From a virus: 64,000 nucleotides of DNA. Location: positions 32,001 through 96,000 of the IMG/VR virus record IMGVR_UViG_3300025141_016305; one strand, written 5' to 3'. The position numbers and the translations under genes were made by a program. Below are positions 47,057-56,460 of this stretch, in pieces (position 1 is the stretch's first letter; each line of letters opens with the position of its first letter). The notes under the pieces were generated by a model. It was not told the origin of the DNA, did not search any database, and saw only the letters and a program-made list of their open reading frames with translations.

Positions 47057-47157
47057 TAATATACTCCTTTTTACACAAAATCAATTATAAATAGTATTTT
47101 ACCTCTAATAATTCTATTTTATTTTACTAACAAGACTTACAATTACTGTTCGCTTTG

Positions 47158-50100
47158 CTATCCTATAATGTTACCGTCCTCATCTATCATGTTACCGTAT
47201 TGATCTCTTCTAATGACCGGGCCCGATCGGCCAGACACAACACCAATCACCGCCTCTTTTGGTGGCTCAGTTTTTCCGGTGGCTTTTCTGATCTGTTTTT
47301 GCAATTTCATAACTTCCTTTACAGTCTCCTGTTCAGCGTTTAAAACTAATTTTTTTTCTCTTTTAAATTTAAAATTAATATCTATTTTTTTACTAGTTGT
47401 TTTTGATTTAATCCTTAGCTTAAAATTCTTATCCCAAACTTTGCCTTTATCTTCTCCTGTTTCTAGATTTCGTTCTATAGGGTGGCCTATTTCGAAATTA
47501 TCTATACTTGGAGCGCTGGCGTAGAAATCTCTTAGCTGTTCTGGACTTACATTATCTAAATCAATATCGGGAAACGCGAGAGCGCGCTGTCTAAATGCTG
47601 GCTCTATTTTGATTATTTTTTGAAAATACATCGGATCTAAACTTCTAGGCTTCCTCAATTCTATCGCCTCCATATCTAAAAATATACCATTCTGATAGCT
47701 AACCATTCGGGCGCGGAAAACCTCTGTGGGATTTGAAATTCCGCCATCGTCGATGGCTCTGAAGCAAAAATAATATTGTTTATTGGGTTCAACTGAGAAA
47801 GATACAAAACCTGTTTTTCCTGTTGCGACTGTGCGAACAGATCTAGAATTCTTAAAATCTTGATAACTAGTTGGCAAATAATCTAAAACCAAAACTTCAA
47901 ATTGTGTTGGCAAACTATCAGACCCAAAACCTAATTTATCTTGGGCGGTTTTTCCTTGATTTTCTGCCATAAAATCATGGACTTCTCTGTCTGTCTCTTT
48001 TATTTTCACAACCTCTTCTGTGACCCGGCCGGCATTCGATTGCAATAAAACCGATATCTTATCATCTTTCCCTTGATATGGGAGAAACGTGACTTGAGGG
48101 AACATAGGGGGCTTATCAAAAACTGTAATTTGTTTTTCAAAAAAAGGTGTTTCTATTATATTGAATCGAGTGTTCGACAAGACAGTAACTTTGGTTTTAA
48201 GCAATGTTGGGCCAGGAGACGGAGAACTTGTGCCCTCTTCTTTCTTCTCTTGTTTTCCAGAATTATCAGCCTCTTTTTCTTTTTCTTCTAGTAATTCTGC
48301 TGCCTCTTCATCTGTATACTCTATTACTGCAATTGTACCATCCGGTTTTCTGACTGTTGCTTTTATCGGGGTGCCACTAAATTGATCATAAATAATCTCT
48401 ATTATTGTATATTGGTTTTCATCTGCTTCGTCTTTTGCAACAAATCTATCACCTCCTGCACTTGATGGCGCCGTTTGTGCCACCTGTGTTTCGCCAGAAG
48501 GTGTTGTATTGGGAAGTCTATATGCATAGTCTGTTGCAATTACAAAGTTAATTGCATTAACTCTATAGATGTATTTTTTACCGGTAATGATTTGTGTGTC
48601 TATAAAGTTTATTTCCAAAACTTCTCCACTATCTGAAAAATAAAAATCTTGCATAACTTCGTTGGTATTTGCATTTATTTTTTCGACGTGATAAGCTACA
48701 ATTTCTGAGTGTGCTTTTTTCCCTTCTAAAATCTCTGCGAATGTTCTTGTAAGGTTATTCTGCTTCACATATTTTCTGAGGTCGTTTAAAAATATTTGGC
48801 TTGAGATCGCATCTTCGAACTTTAATAATCTTTCAGGCTTGTCATCTCCGTAATGTCCTAAAGGATATTGAGCTTGGTTTGAGGCGTAACCTCCTCCTGT
48901 GGAGGATAGATGTTTTAGCTTTTGTTCAAAGTTCATCCATGTTCTGCCTCTTATGCCTGATCGAAAGCGATCGTTTAGAGTTTGTTCCTTGGGGGCAGAA
49001 TTCTTATAATAAATCGTCTCGTCATTAACTTGAGCAAACACTCTATCACGGGCCGGCCAATCATTATTTATCGGAGATATTAAGTCTAACAAATGGCGAT
49101 CCATTTTTGTATTTCTTAAAAATTGTGCAATTGTATTATCCTGTTTTGTATTTATCGCAATAGATACCGAGTTTGCTGCAGTATATTCTAGCTCGGAGTT
49201 TGCCTCTGTGAATAGTTCCACCTTATCGCTAGTAAATTTGTGCACAGTTTCTGATGGTGCTTGTTCCTGTTCTGAGTTGTTTGGTGTTAGAACCGTATCA
49301 TTGTCTGCTTTTTTTGATTTACTTTTTTTATTAAAAATCTCGTATAATGACGGTATTTGATATTCGTCTCTAACTTCGTTTCCAAGCTTGTCCGATAATA
49401 CTACTCTATTTTCAGATAAAGAAATATCAACTACATTAAAGCCAGGAGAGTGAAGGTTCTGTGTCTCCTTCTCTGATATCGGCAGACCTGCTTCAAAAAC
49501 AGAATCGCAATAATAGGGCATTGTATTAAATAAGCCAAACCTATATTCTCTATGCTTATTCTCGTCATAATATGCAGATGACTTGCCGTACATATAAACA
49601 TCAAAAAATATACCGGGCTGGTTTCTAAAATCTCGATAATTTTCTGTTTTAAATTTAGTCCAATATGCATCTAAAGTGACATCGAACATTGTAATAAAAT
49701 CTAAATTTGTGGCAGAATCATCGGTACGAGTTGCACCCATCTTTACATCAAAAGGTATTCCAAGATCTCTTCTTTCGTCTTCATCACCATTCAAAGTGTT
49801 AAGAAATTTTAAAGGATTTTCCTGATACCACATACTGAGGTTGCTAGCTCGGAAATAATCCATTTCCAGTTGTTGCAGTGTAGATCTTTTGCTTTTTATA
49901 ATCGCGGTGGCCGTTCTGATTCCTTCAGCCGGTTGAGGTATCGGTGAAGATATAAAGTATTCTTCATTAACCATCGATATAGTTCTATCTGCGCTGTTCA
50001 CTGGCTCGTGGGGGTCGATTGTTTCCGAAACGTAAAACGCTTCGACTCGGACTTGCGCTTGTTGAACCTCGTCTAAATCTGGATCAATAGTCGGGGGCGT

Positions 50101-50178
50101 ATTCTGACCCGGGACAGTCTCTGCCACTTCGGCCAAAGGCTCTAAATCTAAATCTTTACATGGGTCTGTTATAGACAT
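47158..50178 (-). CDS. Large hypothetical (probably virion) protein, 1006 aa, with FN3-like segments
   Basis: FIDTQI..GKKYIYRVNA and VEPNKQYYFCFRAID..G.SNP are FN3-like; lies in the structural block. Confidence 0.55.
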   Translation of the reverse strand: MSITDPCKDLDLEPLAEVAETVPGQNTPPTIDPDLDEVQQAQVRVEAFYVSETIDPHEPVNSADRTISMVNEEYFISSPIPQPAEGIRTATAIIKSKRSTLQQLEMDYFRASNLSMWYQENPLKFLNTLNGDEDERRDLGIPFDVKMGATRTDDSATNLDFITMFDVTLDAYWTKFKTENYRDFRNQPGIFFDVYMYGKSSAYYDENKHREYRFGLFNTMPYYCDSVFEAGLPISEKETQNLHSPGFNVVDISLSENRVVLSDKLGNEVRDEYQIPSLYEIFNKKSKSKKADNDTVLTPNNSEQEQAPSETVHKFTSDKVELFTEANSELEYTAANSVSIAINTKQDNTIAQFLRNTKMDRHLLDLISPINNDWPARDRVFAQVNDETIYYKNSAPKEQTLNDRFRSGIRGRTWMNFEQKLKHLSSTGGGYASNQAQYPLGHYGDDKPERLLKFEDAISSQIFLNDLRKYVKQNNLTRTFAEILEGKKAHSEIVAYHVEKINANTNEVMQDFYFSDSGEVLEINFIDTQIITGKKYIYRVNAINFVIATDYAYRLPNTTPSGETQVAQTAPSSAGGDRFVAKDEADENQYTIIEIIYDQFSGTPIKATVRKPDGTIAVIEYTDEEAAELLEEKEKEADNSGKQEKKEEGTSSPSPGPTLLKTKVTVLSNTRFNIIETPFFEKQITVFDKPPMFPQVTFLPYQGKDDKISVLLQSNAGRVTEEVVKIKETDREVHDFMAENQGKTAQDKLGFGSDSLPTQFEVLVLDYLPTSYQDFKNSRSVRTVATGKTGFVSFSVEPNKQYYFCFRAIDDGGISNPTEVFRARMVSYQNGIFLDMEAIELRKPRSLDPMYFQKIIKIEPAFRQRALAFPDIDLDNVSPEQLRDFYASAPSIDNFEIGHPIERNLETGEDKGKVWDKNFKLRIKSKTTSKKIDINFKFKREKKLVLNAEQETVKEVMKLQKQIRKATGKTEPPKEAVIGVVSGRSGPVIRRDQYGNMIDEDGNIIG

Positions 50179-50194
50179 AATATATTACTCACCT

Positions 50195-53100
50195 TTAAGA
50201 TGTTAAAAAAACGTTATTAACAAGAACGCCCAAATTATTGCCCGCAACTTTAGGTACATATTGTATCAATGCAATAGTGCCCGCTACTGGAGCTTGTTTT
50301 ATCGGAACTCCAGACTTTTTGCCTGGCTGTATTTCTAGGGGTTCTAGTTTATTTTCCTCGAATAATCCCTTTGCTTTATCAGCAGCTTTAACTGATTTGG
50401 AAACCTGATCCTTGCCAGTGTTTGCGATTGATTTCCAATCTCTACTTCCTTTTGATATATTAGTTAAAGTATTTAAATCATTACTAATTTTTTGCATATC
50501 ATCATGTATGCTCCCTAGCAAATCTATCGTAAGTACATTCGACTTATATTCGCTTGTTATTGATTTTATAAATTCTTTTCTTTCTGGTTCTTTCAGTGCG
50601 GCTTCGCAAAGAACCTTCTCTAACTCTAGGCTTAGTTTTTCCGGTGACCTAAGCTTTGTAGGAGTGTTTGATTCTTTCCTTTGTTGGGCCTTTTTTAGTC
50701 TTTGGTTTGACTTTGGCAAACTATAGCTTATTGTTGCTCCTAGCTGTTTCTCTAGCGACTGCTTTCCTGTCAAAGAATCGGGCTTAAAAACGCTAGTTTT
50801 AGGAGTCAAAGATCCTTTAGTGTCGCTTTGATCATGCAATGTCGACATTAATTGTGCAGAAAGAGAATTATATCTATTTGTAGCTGTGATCCCAGGGTTT
50901 AAAGAAACAGCGGGAAACCTAACGGCTTGATTTGCGGTTACTGTAAAATAAAAAGCTGGAGCGATCGAGACAGCTGGGACAATTGTCGATGGAAAACATG
51001 TGTGTATCGATGTTGCAATAGCCGGTGTCCTATTTAAGTCTCCGTAATAACTTTGTTGATTTTGTTGTGCTGTGACGAGTGCGGTAGCGATCGTCCCAAC
51101 TGCAGTTGCAGCGGTGGCTGCCATACTAATTGGAGGCGGCTGAGGTTGAGTTTTTATCGGAGGTTCATACAATATTTCTGCACCCGTAAGAGCTGTCACA
51201 ACTTCTGGGATTTGTGCGGACAAACTTATAATTCCAGGAGTTAAATTTGGAGACAAACTCCTTAAAATTGATGCTGTGTTAATATCTGCCTCTGCATCTC
51301 CGGTCATACTTTTAACTATCTCATCACTAACATCTATTTGGCCATCGACTGCGATTTGATTTACAGCTGACTCCAACCTATTACACATATCTGTAAATCT
51401 TTCTATTCCCCCAGGAAGAACAGAAGAGGGGTGTATTAAGTTGCGCAAGTTTTCTTTCAAAGTTTCTAAATCCCCGGAACCTTTAAAGATTATTTCATAA
51501 CACGATACAAAAGTATCGATTATGCTATTTATTTTCGTCTCCATATTTCTTTCTGTCGATTGCCTAAATTTGCTTGTATATTCATTTTTCATAGGATCAA
51601 AACTACCCACTGACACTAATTCCTCTTTGCTTTCGACACTTTCCGACCTTCTCGCGATGCCGTCTTCAGAGTTATCATCATGCTGACCTAGGGACTGCTC
51701 TTTTACTGAAAGGATGAACGATCTCTCTTGGGTTGTTGTATATTTACTAGGAATGTTTGCATATCTCGCGTACTCTGTTAAGCCAATTCTAGCTGTTTTG
51801 AAGGCGGTAAATCTTTCTTTTATTGTCTTTTTTATTCCATCGATTATATCCATATCTAACACATACTTATAGTTCCCGAAATTAACATTGTTATATAAGT
51901 CGAAATCCTTTAAAAGAAATGATCTATAAAATTTTTTACCAATCTCCGATGGATCTTGTCTTAGATTCAACTCTTGCATGTATGCGTATTTTGTTTCCTT
52001 TTTTAACAAAACCCTAGGAGTAGAGCCCAGTATGTTGTCAGCAGTATCTATTAAACAAGTAGGCTCTCTTTCGGTTTCGTGAATTTCATACTCTGGAACA
52101 CCTGCTGCATTTGCACTAGTTGGTGAGTTTGTCATTCTTACTCTGCTAACTTTAAATCTTAAATGTTTGGTGCGATCTACAAACTCCTCAATTAAACTTG
52201 CATTAGGCTTGTCTGCTGAGAGGTGATATTCAAAAAGCCACCCTAAAGGCGAGTTTAAAGAAAGAAGGTTCCCATACTCCAAACTAAAACCTACGCCATG
52301 GTGAGATTCAGCTGATCTGATAGGTATTGTTAATCCATCGTTAGTTGTTTCATTAGCTGTTTCGACTCTGATAAAATGAGTTACTGCCGAAATTAAAATA
52401 TTAGATTTATTTAATTGAGAATAATACAAACATGCTCGCTTTTTTGCATTCCTAGCTTTGTCTATATTGTCAGAGAACGATAATATACTGTTGTCAGTAA
52501 CTTGCAATTTTCGCACCTGCTTCGCAAGATCTCCACCGGTTGACTCGGAAGTGGCATCTAATGTTGAAAATTCATACGGCATAGAACCATTGAAGCCAGA
52601 TGCAAACCCTTCATCATCAATGTGACCCGGGGCGGAGACTTTTATGTATGAAACCTTTTTAGAATTAAGGGGTGGGCCCATGGAATCTGGATGGTCAGCA
52701 TAGCCGGCCATCCAACCCACATATTCAATCCCTCCGACCTTTGGGCCCGGTTTAGACGGCGAATGATAATGTGCGGGTCCAAAATACGGTGTCCCGTCTA
52801 GGGAATATAAAATATCAACCGTCTTTGGCACTCTCAACCTTCCACTCTTTACTTCGAAAAGAGCATCGAACGTCGCGTTGCCTCCCAAGCCCAACAATCC
52901 ATCAGGAACTTGGTATTCAGACGCGAGGGCTTGCATGTCCAAGTGAACAAAGCCAAATATAAAATGCGCCATCGTTGCCTTTGGCAGAGCATCAATATCA
53001 ACTTCAAAGTAAAGATTATTAACCATGGTTCCATTAAAGGAGTCGATATCAGATACCGAACCAACATAATCCTGTTGCAGTATTTCAGACAAAGAGATCT

Positions 53101-53380
53101 CTGCCATTTCATAGCTGTTCTTTAGAGCAGTAAGATCACTTTGAGATGAAAACCTAGTTTCTGGATTCATCATTCGCAACGCGGAGTTCTTTTGAGATTC
53201 AGGCACCAAGAGAAAGAATATCTTTATATATTGCTTAAAACGACTGCTGCCAATCCAAGATGAACTATCATTATTATCTTTAGTTGATAGAAATGATTGG
53301 ATTGTTATCTTGTCTTGACCAACAACAATCCTTTTTGTTCTCAATACTGGAAATATGTCAAAACTATCTATTAAGGACAT
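50195..53380 (-). CDS. Large hypothetical (probably virion) protein, 1061 aa
   Basis: Uninterrupted ORF with AGGAG RBS in the structural block. Confidence 0.55.
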   Translation of the reverse strand: MSLIDSFDIFPVLRTKRIVVGQDKITIQSFLSTKDNNDSSSWIGSSRFKQYIKIFFLLVPESQKNSALRMMNPETRFSSQSDLTALKNSYEMAEISLSEILQQDYVGSVSDIDSFNGTMVNNLYFEVDIDALPKATMAHFIFGFVHLDMQALASEYQVPDGLLGLGGNATFDALFEVKSGRLRVPKTVDILYSLDGTPYFGPAHYHSPSKPGPKVGGIEYVGWMAGYADHPDSMGPPLNSKKVSYIKVSAPGHIDDEGFASGFNGSMPYEFSTLDATSESTGGDLAKQVRKLQVTDNSILSFSDNIDKARNAKKRACLYYSQLNKSNILISAVTHFIRVETANETTNDGLTIPIRSAESHHGVGFSLEYGNLLSLNSPLGWLFEYHLSADKPNASLIEEFVDRTKHLRFKVSRVRMTNSPTSANAAGVPEYEIHETEREPTCLIDTADNILGSTPRVLLKKETKYAYMQELNLRQDPSEIGKKFYRSFLLKDFDLYNNVNFGNYKYVLDMDIIDGIKKTIKERFTAFKTARIGLTEYARYANIPSKYTTTQERSFILSVKEQSLGQHDDNSEDGIARRSESVESKEELVSVGSFDPMKNEYTSKFRQSTERNMETKINSIIDTFVSCYEIIFKGSGDLETLKENLRNLIHPSSVLPGGIERFTDMCNRLESAVNQIAVDGQIDVSDEIVKSMTGDAEADINTASILRSLSPNLTPGIISLSAQIPEVVTALTGAEILYEPPIKTQPQPPPISMAATAATAVGTIATALVTAQQNQQSYYGDLNRTPAIATSIHTCFPSTIVPAVSIAPAFYFTVTANQAVRFPAVSLNPGITATNRYNSLSAQLMSTLHDQSDTKGSLTPKTSVFKPDSLTGKQSLEKQLGATISYSLPKSNQRLKKAQQRKESNTPTKLRSPEKLSLELEKVLCEAALKEPERKEFIKSITSEYKSNVLTIDLLGSIHDDMQKISNDLNTLTNISKGSRDWKSIANTGKDQVSKSVKAADKAKGLFEENKLEPLEIQPGKKSGVPIKQAPVAGTIALIQYVPKVAGNNLGVLVNNVFLTS

Positions 53381-53399
53381 TTATTAATCTGTCTCCTGC

Positions 53400-54236
53400 T
53401 TAAACATTAGTGTTTTTATCTTTTTCTTGTAACTCTATCAAATCTATCGCATCGTCGACGTAAATGTTAAAAAACTTAAATATCTCTTCTCTGTCATCTA
53501 TTGGTATAAATACACCAGAACCTTTGCTAGTTTCTTTTAATATTTCTATTTCAAAATTTTCATCACCAAAAAGCGTACTATATTCTTCAACGTCTATTAC
53601 TAAATCTTCTTTATGTTTTTTGATTTTACTATTATCAGTAAATGTGACAACATCAGTTGTTAAGTCTATAAAAGAACTAGGTAAAACCGGTGGTGCCGTA
53701 TTGTTTGTTTCTGTTCTATCTACAATATAAGTATATTCTGGGTTTATTGTTATTTGCGGGGTACTGTTTATGACTCCGCTTGTGTGTAATACTTCTCCGC
53801 TACTGTGTAAATATGTTAAAGATCCTGTTATAGGGGCGCCATAGCTTTTAAGCGAAAAACTTGGAGCTGTCTGAGTTCCAAGATTACAAGATCCCAAAGG
53901 GTACTTTAATATTCTATCATTTTCTATAGGGTCTGAATATCTAGATATTTGATTAAAGACCCCTCTCTTTTCTTGTTTGATTAGTTCTGACTGATAATCA
54001 TAACTTGTCTCTATTCCTGTTGTCAAATACTGGTTCTTTAATCTAATGTCGTCTTTTATTCTTTGCTCTATATCGTTTTGGATCTCTTCTTTTCCTGTAT
54101 AAGATAAATCATATATTATATCGTCGTCGAAAAATTGATAATACACGGGCTTAAATGCGCCGCGGGCGAGAAGACTCCTGCCGAAGCGCGTTAGCTCTAT
54201 ATCAATAACTTCTTCTTTCTTGTTAAAAAAGCCCAT
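53400..54236 (-). CDS. Baseplate structural protein (N-terminus paralogous to 46019-47056)
   Basis: VIDIELTRFGRSLLARGAFKPVYYQFFDDDIIYD. Confidence 0.55.
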   Translation of the reverse strand: MGFFNKKEEVIDIELTRFGRSLLARGAFKPVYYQFFDDDIIYDLSYTGKEEIQNDIEQRIKDDIRLKNQYLTTGIETSYDYQSELIKQEKRGVFNQISRYSDPIENDRILKYPLGSCNLGTQTAPSFSLKSYGAPITGSLTYLHSSGEVLHTSGVINSTPQITINPEYTYIVDRTETNNTAPPVLPSSFIDLTTDVVTFTDNSKIKKHKEDLVIDVEEYSTLFGDENFEIEILKETSKGSGVFIPIDDREEIFKFFNIYVDDAIDLIELQEKDKNTNV

Positions 54237-56407
54237 TACTGCTTATATCCTAGCCCATAAAAATCAACTTTACTTTCAAGTTTAATTAGTTCTACAAAAG
54301 AAAAGTAATCATAAGGCCAGTTATATGCTACCCTAGAATTAAAGCCGGCTTGGCCATTTATAATATCAACCACGCTCTTGCCACCTTGGCGAAATCTTTC
54401 AAAATGATGTATAGGGTCAATAGACTTTTTTACCAAGTATTGATAATCACTAATTCCCCTATACTTACACTTAAAAACAATCCACCTCACTTCCTTCTCT
54501 AAAAATTCTCTTGGACTTTCATAAGTCGAATGATTGCCGCCGGCGCCCATAATATTGAGAATAGTAGAATCTAAGATATGAGAACAATAAACAGAGTCTG
54601 GATTGTTGAATGTCATTGGATTAGAATATTGTGTATGCGCTGTGGATTCTGGACTTTCTGGGTATAAATTTTGCCACATATTTGATAAATCAGTTGCATT
54701 TAACTTTGCATTAAATTCAAAGAAATATATCATAAACGGTTCAATATCTTCTATTGCCAAAAAGTCAAAAGAAGGTGGCAAAATATATCGTTGCATCATT
54801 CTTAACTGATAGGCGATACTATCTACTGCATTTGTCCCTGCCATCGACGACTTTCTTTCGTAATCTTTTATCAATGCGAAAATATCATCCCTGTCTGCCA
54901 TTGTAGATGCTTGCGTGATGTAGTCATCCAAAGCTCGATTATTTAATTTTTTTGCCTTAGCAAAGTGTTTTTTATTCAACTCAAAAAATTTAACTTTGCA
55001 ATCCTTGGTCGTATAATAAGGTATTGCAAGAACCGCCTCTTTTACTGTTTTTTCAAATGCCAATTGACCTAGTTTAATAGTCTTTCTGGTGCTGGTGGAT
55101 TGCCTTAATAGACCTTTCTTTTTTCTAGGGTCGAGTTGAGTTCTTGGTTGTTCTTTTAAGAATCCAACTGCTGATGCTAAGCCGTAAGCTCCCTGGTCTT
55201 GTATTCTTAAATAATACCCTTTGCTTCCTGTAGTGGGTACTCCGTATTGATGCCACATTCCCGTTGAAGAAGTCACCATATTTATTGAGCTTGTGGCATT
55301 TAACATAAAATAATCATTCCATGAGCCACGCTCACGATACGGCGAACCTTTAACCTTCATTGTAGTTTGACCACCGGCAACGATATCATCGTTATTAGCA
55401 CTTACATTAGCTATCACTGTTGTTTCCGCATCAGCAAAGTCATGTATGGGGGTTTCCCATTTGGGCTGGATTACCCACCTGTATCCGAAATCTGCAAAGT
55501 CGCTATCTTCTCCTGTTACAGCACTAGCTTTGGTCGTGCCAAAGGGATCTTGACGGTGATATTTATCACGATCTAACTTTACAATTGTATTAAAATTCAA
55601 GGAGGCACCCACGCCCATAGAAGCAGAATAGTTCAGTTTTCCAACATCTATGCTCGGGGAATCCGCATTTAAGAATAAACTAAAATTTTGATAGGAAGCT
55701 GTTAAGTTATTAACAATCTCTGGTGCGGAATAAAACCTTGTTTCTGGTGGTGTAAATGTTAATTCCACATATGGCATCGCGTTTTGGTCCAAATACGGCG
55801 GGACGTATGGCATGTGTCCGTGTTGTTTTGTATGAGTTGTATAAGAATATTTGACAGTGGAGCCGTCCATTTGTTCAGTTCCGCCGTCCGTAATGGGTAT
55901 AATTCTTTTTGTGTCGTTTGCATCACAAGGGGGCCCAAAAGCAGAATGTCTATCATACATCATAAAGTTATTATTCTCTATATATACCCTCATCTTATAT
56001 TGTTTATCGGCAACAAGTTGTGCCTTTACCGGAGGTGACACGAGAGTTTGAAGGCTTTCATCTTCTAAGAAAAAGGAAACTGTTTCTGCTGCAAAATTAT
56101 TAAATGCAGATCTAAAGGGGAGCATTGCGTAAGTGAATGCTGCAGCATTCGTGCTAAAATCTAATTGAAGTTGCCGCGGGACACTATAGTCGTTAAGATT
56201 ACCAAATCTAAACGGCCTTTCAATTACCATATTGAAGAGCCTATTACCATACAACAAACTAGCAGATGTATGAGGCTCGTTATCATAAAGCCTTTCGTCA
56301 AACATGGATTCGATATTTAGTATATTATCAAACGTATACCTTTTTATCGGCATTGATGCTGTGGCAAATCTAAAATGTGATCCACGTGCTTTTCTGTTAC
56401 TTGCCAT
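54236..56407 (-). CDS. Large virion structural protein, 723 aa
   Basis: Ends YNWPYDYFSFVELIKL; structural block context. Confidence 0.55.
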   Translation of the reverse strand: MASNRKARGSHFRFATASMPIKRYTFDNILNIESMFDERLYDNEPHTSASLLYGNRLFNMVIERPFRFGNLNDYSVPRQLQLDFSTNAAAFTYAMLPFRSAFNNFAAETVSFFLEDESLQTLVSPPVKAQLVADKQYKMRVYIENNNFMMYDRHSAFGPPCDANDTKRIIPITDGGTEQMDGSTVKYSYTTHTKQHGHMPYVPPYLDQNAMPYVELTFTPPETRFYSAPEIVNNLTASYQNFSLFLNADSPSIDVGKLNYSASMGVGASLNFNTIVKLDRDKYHRQDPFGTTKASAVTGEDSDFADFGYRWVIQPKWETPIHDFADAETTVIANVSANNDDIVAGGQTTMKVKGSPYRERGSWNDYFMLNATSSINMVTSSTGMWHQYGVPTTGSKGYYLRIQDQGAYGLASAVGFLKEQPRTQLDPRKKKGLLRQSTSTRKTIKLGQLAFEKTVKEAVLAIPYYTTKDCKVKFFELNKKHFAKAKKLNNRALDDYITQASTMADRDDIFALIKDYERKSSMAGTNAVDSIAYQLRMMQRYILPPSFDFLAIEDIEPFMIYFFEFNAKLNATDLSNMWQNLYPESPESTAHTQYSNPMTFNNPDSVYCSHILDSTILNIMGAGGNHSTYESPREFLEKEVRWIVFKCKYRGISDYQYLVKKSIDPIHHFERFRQGGKSVVDIINGQAGFNSRVAYNWPYDYFSFVELIKLESKVDFYGLGYKQ

Positions 56408-56460
56408 AATAAAATTCCTTTTCCAAAATCAAAATTTACCCAATACGAACACTCAAGGGA

